Positions 1 through 9,574 are shown, counted from the stretch's first letter. The stretch: 30,149 nucleotides of DNA from a virus (IMGVR_UViG_3300047557_004385:1-30149), one strand, 5' to 3'. The notes: generated by a model from the letters alone, not told the origin. Program-made: numbers and translations.

Positions 1-1
1 T

Positions 2-27
2 GTGGGGACACTAATTAATGTCCCCAC
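2..27 (-). terminator. Hairpin downstream of the minus-strand operon, possible terminator
   Basis: GTGGGGACA-N8-TGTCCCCAC is a perfect 9-bp inverted repeat just after the stop at 38. Any U-tract would lie outside the window. Confidence 0.5.
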
Positions 28-37
28 TATAACTAAT

Positions 38-160
38 TTATTTCCCTTGGCCGCGACTTAACTTTCGACCGTGGCTGGGCTTGGAGTTACGGCCTTGGCC
101 TTGGCGGGTGAGCTTGGGCTTGGCTTCAATTCGGATTGTGGTTGACTTGGGTTTTGCCAT
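38..160 (-). CDS. Small basic phage protein, 40 aa (not in ORF track)
   Basis: Hand translation gives MAKPKSTTIRIEAKPKLTRQGQGRNSKPSHGRKLSRGQGK. The TRQG...RGQGK pattern resembles a widespread family of small cyanophage proteins. Confidence 0.75.
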   Translation of the reverse strand: MAKPKSTTIRIEAKPKLTRQGQGRNSKPSHGRKLSRGQGK

Positions 161-176
161 GGAACAAAAGCAGGCG

Positions 177-479
177 TCACCACTTTACGCGATCAGCCCA
201 ATATGCTGCAGACATTTTGCCTTTTTTAATATTTGATGCGTGGCGAGCCTTGAAGGACTCACGCCGTTTCCGATACGCCTCAGACTCCCCTTCTTTCTTG
301 GGACTACCGGAGACGCCTTGCTGCCCAAAACGGATGATCTTTTCCTGGCCGTTCTCACAGGCTTTAACAATGTGACTCTTGGTGGGGTGGCCAGGAGTTT
401 TTTGGGGCTTATTACAAGCCATCTCTGATTTTTTGTAGCGACTAGATGCTGCTGCTGCCTTGCGATGTTTTTCAGCCAT
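177..479 (-). CDS. Conserved basic phage protein (DUF6321-like)
   Basis: Motifs KIIRFGQQG, RRESFKARH and SAAYWA; TAATG coupling to the upstream gene. Confidence 0.75.
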   Translation of the reverse strand: MAEKHRKAAAASSRYKKSEMACNKPQKTPGHPTKSHIVKACENGQEKIIRFGQQGVSGSPKKEGESEAYRKRRESFKARHASNIKKGKMSAAYWADRVKW

Positions 480-3154
480 TAGAAACCTTTAAAAGCAGAC
501 GTAAATTCACCGAGAATACTTTCGGCTCTGGCCGATTTATAATCCTCATCATCTTCAAATCCTAATTTAAAGAAATCTGTATCTGAACTTGTTTTACTTG
601 TTGTACTTGTTGTGCTTTTTGGTGCCGTTCCAGAATCTTCAGAACCAAAGAAACCTTCCATTGTTCCCATGGCGGCAAATGGATCGCTAAAGTCAAAACT
701 TTGAAGTTCAAATTTGCCAGTAGTTCCGGCTTTGGTTAACGCAATTTGCTCTTCTCTATTTACGTCTGGGAAATACTTTTCGTAAAACTCATCTTCACTA
801 CCCTGGTATCCAGCTTGTTGAAAGATTTTATATAGTTCAGTTGTACCTTTTTCTTGTGTATTTTTAAAATCTTCCGGGCGTTCAATATAAGTAGAGCCAA
901 GTAATTCCTGCGTTGGCTTTTTTCTTTTTTCGTTTAAGTATTTAATATTTTCACGTATTTGACGCGCAGATCCAGTCTGCAATGTTTCCATAATTGTATC
1001 TTTTAATTCATCAATTGTTCCCTTAAAATCATCAAGTCCTGTTGCTTTTAAAACCTTATTCCACTCTTCTTTATTAGTAAAATCTACGCCCTTAAGCAAC
1101 TCATCGGCAAATTCTTTAGGTTTTAAAAACTGTCCAAAAACAGATCCCTGCTTAAGTGCTTCCTGCTCTAAGCTTGGCAATACAGTGTTGTAAATATAGT
1201 TGCTTACTTTACTTGCGTTTAATATATCTTCTGCTCCATCGTAATCAGAAAAACGACCCTTTACTTGATAGTGTAATTTTGCAAACGCATTTTTATCATT
1301 TATATCAACACCAAAGCGATAGGCTTGTTGGGCCCAGTACGGGTCACCTTGTTTTGCAGCTTCCCAGTCAGCATTAACAGTCTGTGATTGCTTTGCATAA
1401 TCCTCCTTCCTGGCATCATCACCTGTTGGATTAAAGTAAAAGGATGGATCAAAAGTTCTGTCGGATGCTTGCTTAAGTTGATCTAAAAAGTATTGGGACC
1501 TTACATTAGCTACGTTATTTAAAGCAGTAACAAGGTCTTCTGTCTGGAATGGGTTCTTTTCGCTTTGTCGAACATCAAGGTATTCGACAAATTCATCCAT
1601 AGATCTTGATTCGTCAAAACGCGGTTTTAAATATTTTTCTATGAAGTTGGTTGCGAACTCTTTTTGTATTTTAATTGTTTCTTTTGCTTCGTCTGTTGTA
1701 TAACCAAGCTCAAGGTCTTCTTGATATTTTTTAGTCAAAGTATCATCAAACCATTTCTGCCAGTTGTACGTAACATTGTTTCCAACTCCGGTAATATTTT
1801 TTAAACCTTTTTCAAGAGATTCAGAATATTTATCACCGCCAACAAAAGAAAGATAACCGCCAATGCCAGATTCGCCCAACAAAGAATCAGTAATAGTTTG
1901 ATTAACACCCATGATTTCACCAAAGGTGCCCAAATTATTTAGCATTCCCAATGTTTGCTCTTTTGCTTTTGCCTTCTTAATTTCTTCTATGGTATCTTTT
2001 AGAACACTCTGAGTTAATGCACCAAAACGTTTTACGTCTACTGTTGCTTTTTCACCGGCAGCTTTATTAATTGCATCTTCTAATTCAGTGATTCCATATC
2101 CTTGGTTTACGTTGTAATCAAAGCTTACTTGTTTATCTTCCGGCCGTTCGGATAATCGAAACAGAGCTGCAAATTCATCTTTTTTATTCAAGTCTAAATA
2201 CTTTTCTTTTGCTAATTCTTTCCAATATGTATCTCCATTTTTTGCTTTTTCCCATTCTTCTGCAATGCGTGGAATTTTTAATAAACGATCAGTTTGATTA
2301 CCTACGTCACCAACACCAAGTTGCAATGTACGGACATCTTGTAAATCTTTATCAGTAGGTTTTTTCTCCAGGTATTGATTAACAGCTTGTTTATCCTCTA
2401 CAGGATTACCACGTAAGCCAGCAGCTTTTCCTTGATTTGTGTAATGTTGTAGGTAAAAACCTTCTTCCCCATATCTTTCGGTAATATCAATATCATCTTC
2501 TGCGACTGCTTTTTTCCATGTTTCAGCAACATTTGGATTTTGCTCTTTATAAAACTTTGGATCAAACTCACCATAAGGAGGTTTTGCTCCTAGCTTTGTA
2601 TCCCAGCTCTGAAGTTTTTCAGCGCGATAAAAAGTTTTAAAGTTATCTTCTAATCCAGCAATGCCTAATTTTTTTAAACTATCACGCTGTTGAACATAGT
2701 CTCCCCCAGCGGTTGAGCCAATGACAGCTTTAACAGTTGGTAGTTTGCTGTTGTATGTGTCAACTTCGTTGTTGTATGGAATAATAACATTTTTATTTAT
2801 TGAGTCATTGTTTTGCGCTTCTTCATATTTGCTTTTAACATTTGCCGACTCTCTTATATACTTTTGCATTGCCTGGTATATATAACCATTATAATTTGCT
2901 CCTCGGAATGCAACATTTTGAACATCGCCTCCAACCCTATCCCAAAGATTCGCCTCTAAGGGTCCCGTTACAGGGCCAGATTTTGTTGCTTTTGGATCTT
3001 TTTCAGTACTTATATTTGCGCCTGTAACGACGTTTCGCGTCATATAAACATTTAAGTAATAACTTGTGCTTGGATAGTTAACCTGTTTAAGACCTTGTTT
3101 TGCTCTTTCTGTAATTGTCCATTTCTTATTGTTAGCGTCGTATGTAACTGTCAT
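479..3154 (-). CDS. Large 891-aa probable virion protein with internal repeats
   Basis: Long ORF in the late operon with repeated FDPxFY and WxxAKxGDxYW blocks. Confidence 0.8.
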   Translation of the reverse strand: MTVTYDANNKKWTITERAKQGLKQVNYPSTSYYLNVYMTRNVVTGANISTEKDPKATKSGPVTGPLEANLWDRVGGDVQNVAFRGANYNGYIYQAMQKYIRESANVKSKYEEAQNNDSINKNVIIPYNNEVDTYNSKLPTVKAVIGSTAGGDYVQQRDSLKKLGIAGLEDNFKTFYRAEKLQSWDTKLGAKPPYGEFDPKFYKEQNPNVAETWKKAVAEDDIDITERYGEEGFYLQHYTNQGKAAGLRGNPVEDKQAVNQYLEKKPTDKDLQDVRTLQLGVGDVGNQTDRLLKIPRIAEEWEKAKNGDTYWKELAKEKYLDLNKKDEFAALFRLSERPEDKQVSFDYNVNQGYGITELEDAINKAAGEKATVDVKRFGALTQSVLKDTIEEIKKAKAKEQTLGMLNNLGTFGEIMGVNQTITDSLLGESGIGGYLSFVGGDKYSESLEKGLKNITGVGNNVTYNWQKWFDDTLTKKYQEDLELGYTTDEAKETIKIQKEFATNFIEKYLKPRFDESRSMDEFVEYLDVRQSEKNPFQTEDLVTALNNVANVRSQYFLDQLKQASDRTFDPSFYFNPTGDDARKEDYAKQSQTVNADWEAAKQGDPYWAQQAYRFGVDINDKNAFAKLHYQVKGRFSDYDGAEDILNASKVSNYIYNTVLPSLEQEALKQGSVFGQFLKPKEFADELLKGVDFTNKEEWNKVLKATGLDDFKGTIDELKDTIMETLQTGSARQIRENIKYLNEKRKKPTQELLGSTYIERPEDFKNTQEKGTTELYKIFQQAGYQGSEDEFYEKYFPDVNREEQIALTKAGTTGKFELQSFDFSDPFAAMGTMEGFFGSEDSGTAPKSTTSTTSKTSSDTDFFKLGFEDDEDYKSARAESILGEFTSAFKGF

Positions 3155-3155
3155 G

Positions 3156-3518
3156 TCAACTTGCCAAGCTTAACGAATCGACTTGATAAACAAAAACATC
3201 AATAGGTTCTTGCTTTACCCAGGAGTTAATTCTATCCATCTTAGCCTGCGTAAAAAAATCTTGTTGCTCAAACCATTCTTTTACTTTATTGCTTGCTTTA
3301 GATGCATTGCATTTTCTGCATGCAGGAACAAGATTATTGCGGTTGCTAGATCCAGACCTAAATCTTGGTACCACATGGTCAAGCGATGTTGCCTCTGCTT
3401 CGCAGTAAGCGCATCTGTAATCCCAGGCTTCGTATATTGATTGTCGATAACGTTTCTTGGCAAGTTTAGGTGTTAGTTCAATTAGCAGGGCGAGGGGTTC
3501 TTGCTCGCTGTTGAACAT
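3156..3518 (-). CDS. Small zinc-binding HNH endonuclease (HK97 gp74/McrA-like)
   Basis: CAYC...SLDHVVPRFRSGSSNRNNLVPACRKCN gives CxxC, the HNH core and a second CxxC. Confidence 0.9.
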   Translation of the reverse strand: MFNSEQEPLALLIELTPKLAKKRYRQSIYEAWDYRCAYCEAEATSLDHVVPRFRSGSSNRNNLVPACRKCNASKASNKVKEWFEQQDFFTQAKMDRINSWVKQEPIDVFVYQVDSLSLAS

Positions 3519-3598
3519 ACTATTGATGCCGTTAATCTATTTTAAATTCCCCCTATTTGCACAAGAAAAAACAAAAGATTAAAACTTGTTACAAGCTT

Positions 3599-3626
3599 TT
3601 GACTGGGTCGGGTGGGTTGTTACTCT
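3599..3626 (+). promoter_or_regulatory. Sigma70-like promoter for the HTH gene
   Basis: TTGACT (3599-3604), 16-nt spacer, TACTCT preceded by TGn (extended -10), upstream of ATG 3651. Confidence 0.5.
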
Positions 3627-3650
3627 ATTTCTGTAAGCCAATTTTCTTCC

Positions 3651-3851
3651 ATGGCAGCGCAGTCTACTTGGGTGTCGGCCCAGAAACTTGAAGAGCTTCT
3701 TGGAATTGACAAGAAGACTCTCTTTAAGTATCGAGATGATGGGACCCTGAAGCTCGGTGCCCATTATGCGGCATTCCCAGAGACTCGATCAAGGGACAGC
3801 TACCGATGGAATGTTAAAGCAGTTAAGAGACAACTAGAACAAATGGTTTGA
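3651..3851 (+). CDS. Excisionase/MerR-like HTH DNA-binding protein
   Basis: WVSAQKLEELLGIDKKTLFKYRDDG..YRWN fits a winged-HTH pattern. It has its own promoter and terminator. ATG 3651 is preferred over the track start. Confidence 0.75.
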   Translation: MAAQSTWVSAQKLEELLGIDKKTLFKYRDDGTLKLGAHYAAFPETRSRDSYRWNVKAVKRQLEQMV

Positions 3852-3855
3852 TATC

Positions 3856-3879
3856 AAGGCCACGCAAGTGGCCTTTTTT
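3856..3879 (+). terminator. Intrinsic terminator between convergent genes
   Basis: AAGGCCAC-GCAA-GTGGCCTT followed by TTTT; GNRA loop. Confidence 0.85.
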
Positions 3880-5443
3880 ATGTTGAAGGTTTCTCATCAA
3901 GGCTTGGCACGTATTCATTGCCATCTTTGTCAATCATGACAAAATTTTCCATGACGACCAAATCAGATGGAATATTAAATAGCTTTTGCATCATTGGCAT
4001 CATCATTGGTGATTGACAGTTGTATGGTGGTACATCCATTTTGGCCAGTGATTTACGTGTCAGTCTGGCAGCGCGAGACTCAAGCTGATCAGATTCAGTT
4101 TCATCTACAAGTTTTTGTTCCCACTTTGCCATTGATCCAATGCCCACGGGAAAATCGGATGGCTCTGGCGGGAATGTTCCATCTTTGAATTTAAGTGCGT
4201 AGATGTGCTTGCAATATCTAAACTCATCTAGCAATGGTGTCCAGTTATCGCTAACAGATGTAATTTTTCCATTAGCTGAACTGTAATCGTCATAGCCTGG
4301 CATGCTTTCTGCCGCAGATCCAGGTAAGGATGGTTCTGCTGGTGTTGATGTTTTTCTCAGATAAATTGCACCAAAATCTCTGTAAACCCCTGGATTGTCA
4401 CGGTTGACATTCTGTCCTTCTTGGACTGATCCACCCTGTCCCAAAGACACTGAATAGCCGGATGGGGCGTATACCGTCATACGTCTATTAACTTTTGCAT
4501 TGGTCATAGCGCTGTTGTCTACCTTGCCACTCAGTGTTGTTATCTCGTTTCTTCCTGGTTTAATGTTTGCAATACTAGTGCGAGGAAAAACTTTCTTTGT
4601 TGTATCTCCACCTATCTCAGTAAATGCATAATCGCGACGCGTAAAATCTTGGCAAGAGCAACAAAAACGCGCACCAGTAATTAAAAATCTTCCTGGTGTA
4701 AAACCTACTGGAGACGGTGTTAATAGCTCTTTATCTGGTGAAACATAAACAGAACCTGCCTTGCGAAACTTTAAGATTCCCGTCGTTGAACCTGTGTTTA
4801 CAAGCACAGCCTGGACATAGCCATAACGCTTTTGTGTTGTCGGATCAATAGTATCGGCATTAATAATTGGCCCGTCTTGAGTGATAACACGATCTTCAAG
4901 AATCTCAGTTGTAATGGGAGTGATGCCAAAAGGACCGCCGCCAATCTGAACAAAGAAAGGAGGAGGAAGTCGGTTGGATGCGCTCCAGGTACCGGCAAGT
5001 TTTACATACCAATAATCTGCATCTTCCGTAACGGATTCGATAAATAATTTCTGGAGCGATACTGGGTCTGTAATTTTGTCACAGCGCAAGGAGCCTGCAT
5101 AGCGCCAGCCAGCCCAATGCATTCCAAGCTCTTTATCTTTTGTTGGAAAACCTACGAATGCGCCAGAAACTGTTGGTTGTGGATTTGCGATAGAACCTGA
5201 AGTTGTACTAGAAACAGGAATTGTGTATTTAAAAGGATAGGAAAAGTCGTTATCGTAAATATTTGCCGTAGCCAGTTCATATCCACGGCGCCAACGAGAC
5301 CAGGCTGATTCTCTGTTGGCGGTGGTAATTGAATCAGGGACACCGCCTTTAGAGAATTCAGTGCGAATCGGTGTCAGGCGAAATGGATCTTTATTTATTG
5401 CTTGGCCAAAAGATCCAAACGCGTCCCCGGTTTTGGGCTTCAT
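3878..5443 (-). CDS. 521-aa protein with a split SWIM-like zinc-finger motif
   Basis: FCCSCQDF ... YCKHIYAL. Confidence 0.75.
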   Translation of the reverse strand: MKPKTGDAFGSFGQAINKDPFRLTPIRTEFSKGGVPDSITTANRESAWSRWRRGYELATANIYDNDFSYPFKYTIPVSSTTSGSIANPQPTVSGAFVGFPTKDKELGMHWAGWRYAGSLRCDKITDPVSLQKLFIESVTEDADYWYVKLAGTWSASNRLPPPFFVQIGGGPFGITPITTEILEDRVITQDGPIINADTIDPTTQKRYGYVQAVLVNTGSTTGILKFRKAGSVYVSPDKELLTPSPVGFTPGRFLITGARFCCSCQDFTRRDYAFTEIGGDTTKKVFPRTSIANIKPGRNEITTLSGKVDNSAMTNAKVNRRMTVYAPSGYSVSLGQGGSVQEGQNVNRDNPGVYRDFGAIYLRKTSTPAEPSLPGSAAESMPGYDDYSSANGKITSVSDNWTPLLDEFRYCKHIYALKFKDGTFPPEPSDFPVGIGSMAKWEQKLVDETESDQLESRAARLTRKSLAKMDVPPYNCQSPMMMPMMQKLFNIPSDLVVMENFVMIDKDGNEYVPSLDEKPST

Positions 5444-5445
5444 CT

Positions 5446-6231
5446 TTAGAAGAAACCACCCTGTGCATAAACGTGAGCACCTGGGGTGTAACCAGAAATG
5501 TTAGGGCCGTCAGGGAAGACCCCAACGTAAATACGATCGCCTCGCTCCAGGTAGATGCCCTTGTTCCGCAGGGGAGCTGTTGTTCCTAATCCAGTGGTAT
5601 TCCCTGCCTGTGGCATCGGATAAGCAAGCTGAGGCATTGCGTCTGCACAATCTACCTGGCCGCTGTTGGCAGGGACGGTCTTGGAAAAAAGGATTCGATA
5701 GTCACCACTACCAGGGATAGGAGTGGTGGTGCCACGGGTGTGGTAGAAAACAAAGGTTACAGCAGGTTGCGTACCGTAGTTAGAACCGTTGTAGGTAAAG
5801 CCACTTGCGCCGGAGAACACAAGGCTTGTGTTAACACCTGTCAGTGTTGTGGCACCCGTGTACGTGTAATAACCGTAGCCGCTCATTGGAGCGGTACCAA
5901 GAACACCAGTGTTTTGAATAAAAACAATCTGGCCACTGTTCAGGGAAATTACGGTGCCAGAAGTACCAGAGCTAATGGTGTAATCAGGATCACGATATTT
6001 ATCGTTTCGGACAATTGTGATGGAGTCAACTACACCACCGTTGTTGGTGTCATCGCTCAGTTCAGCGTCCATATCAACGAGAATGGACGGGGCCTGACCA
6101 CCCTGCACAAACAATGTATTGCTGGATGCACTGCCAACAGTTTGCGTTGTTACCCGAACGGAATCAAATAACGGACGATCCGAAAATACGGGCTGCTTGT
6201 TCGTACTAGTACTGGCCGTTTGACTAAACAC
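5446..6231 (-). CDS. Probable virion structural protein, beta-rich (start uncertain)
   Basis: T/G/S/V-rich 261-aa ORF in the morphogenesis operon with a GTG start. Confidence 0.7.
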   Translation of the reverse strand: MFSQTASTSTNKQPVFSDRPLFDSVRVTTQTVGSASSNTLFVQGGQAPSILVDMDAELSDDTNNGGVVDSITIVRNDKYRDPDYTISSGTSGTVISLNSGQIVFIQNTGVLGTAPMSGYGYYTYTGATTLTGVNTSLVFSGASGFTYNGSNYGTQPAVTFVFYHTRGTTTPIPGSGDYRILFSKTVPANSGQVDCADAMPQLAYPMPQAGNTTGLGTTAPLRNKGIYLERGDRIYVGVFPDGPNISGYTPGAHVYAQGGFF

Positions 6232-6248
6232 CCTATCTATGTTACTTT
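6220..6248 (+). promoter_or_regulatory. Sigma70-like promoter for the free-standing HNH gene
   Basis: TTGACT (6220-6225), 17-nt spacer, TACTTT (6243-6248) with extended TGn. Confidence 0.55.
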
Positions 6249-6280
6249 GATAGGGGCCTCCGAAAACTATCCCTATTCTA

Positions 6281-6832
6281 ATGGCACAAACAACTTTTCA
6301 ATGCGCTCAATGCGGGAAAACCTATACAAGAGAAGGCAATACTGCAGCCTGGCACAGAAAAAGATTGAAAGAAAAGGGTTACACTTTTTGCTCTAAAGAA
6401 TGTGGCTCTTTTAAGCATGGCGGGCATAAAAATAAAACACCTGAATATGGCTCATGGTGTGCAATGAAAAATCGTTGTAACAATAAAAAACATCCGTCTT
6501 ATGAGCGATACGGTGGCCGAGGCATCACCTACGATCCCCCATGGCAAAAATTTGAAAACTTCTTCGCTGACATGGGAGAAAAACCGGATCCCAAGATGGA
6601 ACTTGAAAGAATTGATAACAATAAAAATTATTGTAAAGACAATTGCAGGTGGGCGACGCACAAAGAGCAAACAAGAAATCGTGGCGGCAAACGCGCAACA
6701 CGACTTTATACGTTCAACGGAGAAACTTTATGTATTGCCGATTGGGCTAAAAAAATTGGAATATCTCCTCAATCAATGCAAAAAAGATTAAATAAAGGGT
6801 GGCCGCTTGAAAAAGCTTTTGCACCAAAATAA
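6281..6832 (+). CDS. Free-standing HNH-family homing endonuclease, antisense to the operon
   Basis: N-terminal CxxC...FCSxxC finger; YGGRGI..W..FENFFADMG..LERIDNNKNYCKDNCRWAT..EQ.RN core; C-terminal HTH (WAKKIGIS...RLNKGW). Confidence 0.85.
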   Translation: MAQTTFQCAQCGKTYTREGNTAAWHRKRLKEKGYTFCSKECGSFKHGGHKNKTPEYGSWCAMKNRCNNKKHPSYERYGGRGITYDPPWQKFENFFADMGEKPDPKMELERIDNNKNYCKDNCRWATHKEQTRNRGGKRATRLYTFNGETLCIADWAKKIGISPQSMQKRLNKGWPLEKAFAPK

Positions 6833-6835
6833 TTA

Positions 6836-7090
6836 TTACTGAGCCATTTGAGCAAATGCCACAAAGTCACCTGGCAGCCTCATGTCTCTTTCCGCAAGTG
6901 CATTTGGATTTTGATACAGCCGCATAAATTCTTCTAGATATTTACCAGCGATATCAGACTTTGGTTTAAATTTAATTCTTTTACTTAATTCATATTCCAA
7001 TGCGGAGAAAGGAGAGGCGTCTCCGTAGGCGCCCCTCCGTACTTCTCCCGGAAGGTAATCGGAATCCAGATAGTCAGCAAAATTTGCCAT
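6836..7090 (-). CDS. Hypothetical protein
   Basis: 84-aa ORF coupled by TAATG to the upstream gene. Confidence 0.7.
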   Translation of the reverse strand: MANFADYLDSDYLPGEVRRGAYGDASPFSALEYELSKRIKFKPKSDIAGKYLEEFMRLYQNPNALAERDMRLPGDFVAFAQMAQ

Positions 7091-7761
7091 TATCGTACGG
7101 TTCCAAATAGAGAAGGAATAATTCCAACACCTGGAAGAAGGCTTTGGATGGCGTTTTGAACAAACATCTGAGAAAGAGATTTTTTCTCTTCTGATCTGTT
7201 CAGATCAACGCCAAGTATTCCAGACAGAACCGAAGAAACAGGCGGCGCTGGTTGCTGTGGTGGAGCAGGCGGTCTGGCAGCTTGCATGGGTTCGGTCATG
7301 CCTCCGTCCTGTGGAATATCGCCTAACACTCGTCGTGCATTGGCATACAGATCACCACCCTTCCGAAAACGAGAAAGTGCACCAGAAACGGATGTTCCAA
7401 ATGAATCTTTAGCATTTAAAGAAACATTTGGATTTCCGCCTAACACAGTGGCATATGCACGAGCAATACCCATCCCTGGCTTAAAGCCACGATCCGAAAA
7501 GTACTGCAGAACTTTTGGCATTTGACCAGCGCGTGTCTGTGGTCCTTCAATTCCATAAAGGCGTTGTTCGTTTTGACCGAACTGAATCAAACCCCTATGG
7601 CGACCACCGGCACCTCCCACAATATTCGGGTCCATATTTGGCCCTGATTCCAGGGATAAAAATGCACCAAATTCGTAGGGATCCAGGCCCAGTTTCCTGG
7701 CACCTTGGATAATTGCCATGCGTTCTTCGTGAGGAAGAATACCAACGCGTGGTTTACTCAC
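7090..7761 (-). CDS. Lysozyme-like/lytic transglycosylase-like virion protein
   Basis: FLSLESG...NIVGG...GLIQFG resembles the SLT catalytic Glu-Ser and GLxQ motifs, followed by a Pro-rich linker. GTG 7761 follows the upstream stop; the track start at 7827 overlaps the upstream gene. Confidence 0.7.
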   Translation of the reverse strand: MSKPRVGILPHEERMAIIQGARKLGLDPYEFGAFLSLESGPNMDPNIVGGAGGRHRGLIQFGQNEQRLYGIEGPQTRAGQMPKVLQYFSDRGFKPGMGIARAYATVLGGNPNVSLNAKDSFGTSVSGALSRFRKGGDLYANARRVLGDIPQDGGMTEPMQAARPPAPPQQPAPPVSSVLSGILGVDLNRSEEKKSLSQMFVQNAIQSLLPGVGIIPSLFGTVR

Positions 7762-7763
7762 TG

Positions 7764-9083
7764 TTACTGCCTCCCCTTTAATCGCAACATCTCCCGGTAA
7801 GCAAGCTCCGGATTGGCCTGAGCCCACTTCTGAAGATTCTCCGGAGTCATTCCAGCTGCACCACCCAGTGCTTGGAGTTCGCTCACCAGGTTTCCTTTCT
7901 GCATCATGCTCCTACCCAATTGCTGCTGGCTCTCATAGAAGGAAGAAAGAGGGACATTTGTAGGAGCAGCGTACTGCTGAGCAGCGTTAAGTACTTCCTG
8001 AGACAGTGAGCGGTTAAGAACATTTTGACGTTGTGCGGGAACACCGGCCCCGTTGGACATCGCTGCTGCCCCTGGTGGAGGGGGTGCAGCAGGAGGTGTC
8101 GCTTGTCCGGCTTGCTGCCCGCTGAATGAGCTACCAGGAGAACCTGAAAACCCTGGGGCAGGAGGTGGAACTGCTCCCGGAAGAACAGAGCCACTTCTAT
8201 CCATTAAACCAGTAGGAATCCCAGGGCCAAACTGTTCAGTGCCAATTGCTTTACCTGCATTCTCAATTTGAGCTTGGCGACTGACGCGTTGCATCATGTC
8301 TTGCTTAGAGCTATAACCAAGCTGTTGCCACCGATCAAAAGGATCACTGGATTGCGGGCTAGAACCTTCTAAACCAGCAAGGCTTAAAAGACTACCACCT
8401 ACAGATCCACCGGCGCCAACTAAACCGAGACCAACTGTCTTTGCCCAAGTTGGACCAGGGATTGCATTAAAAACAGAGGATACAGTTCCCAAGTTGCGCA
8501 TCAAACCGCCAACGGCTGAAGGGTTAACTGCACTGCGTGAAAGTGCGTCAGCAGCCCTTTGACTAGTGCCACCAAATTGCTTAAGAAATTCACGGCGTAA
8601 ACCAGGATCCCGAGCAAATGGACCACCAAATCCTGTGGGGCTTACTAAGCCACCCGTCAAACCTGTTGCAATATTTCGACCAGCTTGTACTGCATCACCA
8701 ATGACAGGAGCACGGAGAGCACCAGAGGCAGCTTGTTGAATAGCTGCTGGAACGCGAGGAATGTCACCAGCCATCTCACGGATGGCACGCGATGCCATTC
8801 CAGATTGCACAGCACGCTGAACCCCTTGGGGCATATCAGCAACTTGGTTGATTAAACCAATGGCTTGTGTTGGTATGCGACCAAAATTTGCACCAGAGAA
8901 TTGTGATGGTAAACCACGGCGCAATGCATTTTCAGCCCTGGCGGCAAGCCCCTGATAGGTTGCAGGGCTTGTCATATCCCTAGCTACTGGTGCAATACGC
9001 TTTACCGCTTGGTTAAAACCAACAGGAACGTTACGTGAAGCTTGCTGTAAAAGTTGTTGGAATAACTTGTTCATTAGCGACAA
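7764..9083 (-). CDS. A/G/Q-rich probable internal virion protein
   Basis: 439-aa low-complexity ORF in the structural operon. Confidence 0.65.
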   Translation of the reverse strand: MSLMNKLFQQLLQQASRNVPVGFNQAVKRIAPVARDMTSPATYQGLAARAENALRRGLPSQFSGANFGRIPTQAIGLINQVADMPQGVQRAVQSGMASRAIREMAGDIPRVPAAIQQAASGALRAPVIGDAVQAGRNIATGLTGGLVSPTGFGGPFARDPGLRREFLKQFGGTSQRAADALSRSAVNPSAVGGLMRNLGTVSSVFNAIPGPTWAKTVGLGLVGAGGSVGGSLLSLAGLEGSSPQSSDPFDRWQQLGYSSKQDMMQRVSRQAQIENAGKAIGTEQFGPGIPTGLMDRSGSVLPGAVPPPAPGFSGSPGSSFSGQQAGQATPPAAPPPPGAAAMSNGAGVPAQRQNVLNRSLSQEVLNAAQQYAAPTNVPLSSFYESQQQLGRSMMQKGNLVSELQALGGAAGMTPENLQKWAQANPELAYREMLRLKGRQ

Positions 9084-9535
9084 ACCTCACGAAGATAAAT
9101 ACGAGAGCCGACAGCGGTATCAGCAGGACCAGGTAAAGCCTGAATAAATTCAGCACCAGAGCGTTCGTAGCGGTAACGCGCCTGGAAGGGATCTTTGTAG
9201 TTTGGAACGTAAAGAATATTGGCTAAACGATTTGTTTCGTAAAGATAAATCTCATCCCAAACCTTAAGGGCCTCTTTGGCATTACTGGAACGAATCGTAC
9301 GATCAACGTCGCCAGCAATACTTTCAAGACGTGTAGAAGGCGAAGTAGCAACCTCTGTCTTTTTCTCGGCGGTATCACAACGACCGAGTTGAATAATAAT
9401 TTTGTCGTAAAAATACGAATCAGGTACTGTATTCATTGCTTCTTCCAAACGGGCGTAGTCACCCGCTGGAACAGAAACAGTGAAGTATCCCAGGTGATAC
9501 CTGACCCTACTTTTATCAAAGTCAGAAAGCTGCAC
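9074..9535 (-). CDS. Probable head completion/adaptor-type protein
   Basis: 153-aa helical ORF (LSDFDKSRVRYHLGY) downstream of the capsid genes. Function is inferred from position. Confidence 0.55.
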   Translation of the reverse strand: MQLSDFDKSRVRYHLGYFTVSVPAGDYARLEEAMNTVPDSYFYDKIIIQLGRCDTAEKKTEVATSPSTRLESIAGDVDRTIRSSNAKEALKVWDEIYLYETNRLANILYVPNYKDPFQARYRYERSGAEFIQALPGPADTAVGSRIYLREVCR

Positions 9536-9574
9536 GGCTTATTCCTGTTATCAATTCATTATAAATTAAAACAA

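Noticed and set aside
6232-6835. Second intron around the 6281 HNH
   Set aside because: No P/Q/R/S core or upstream exon; the flanks are only about 50 nt and 3 nt.
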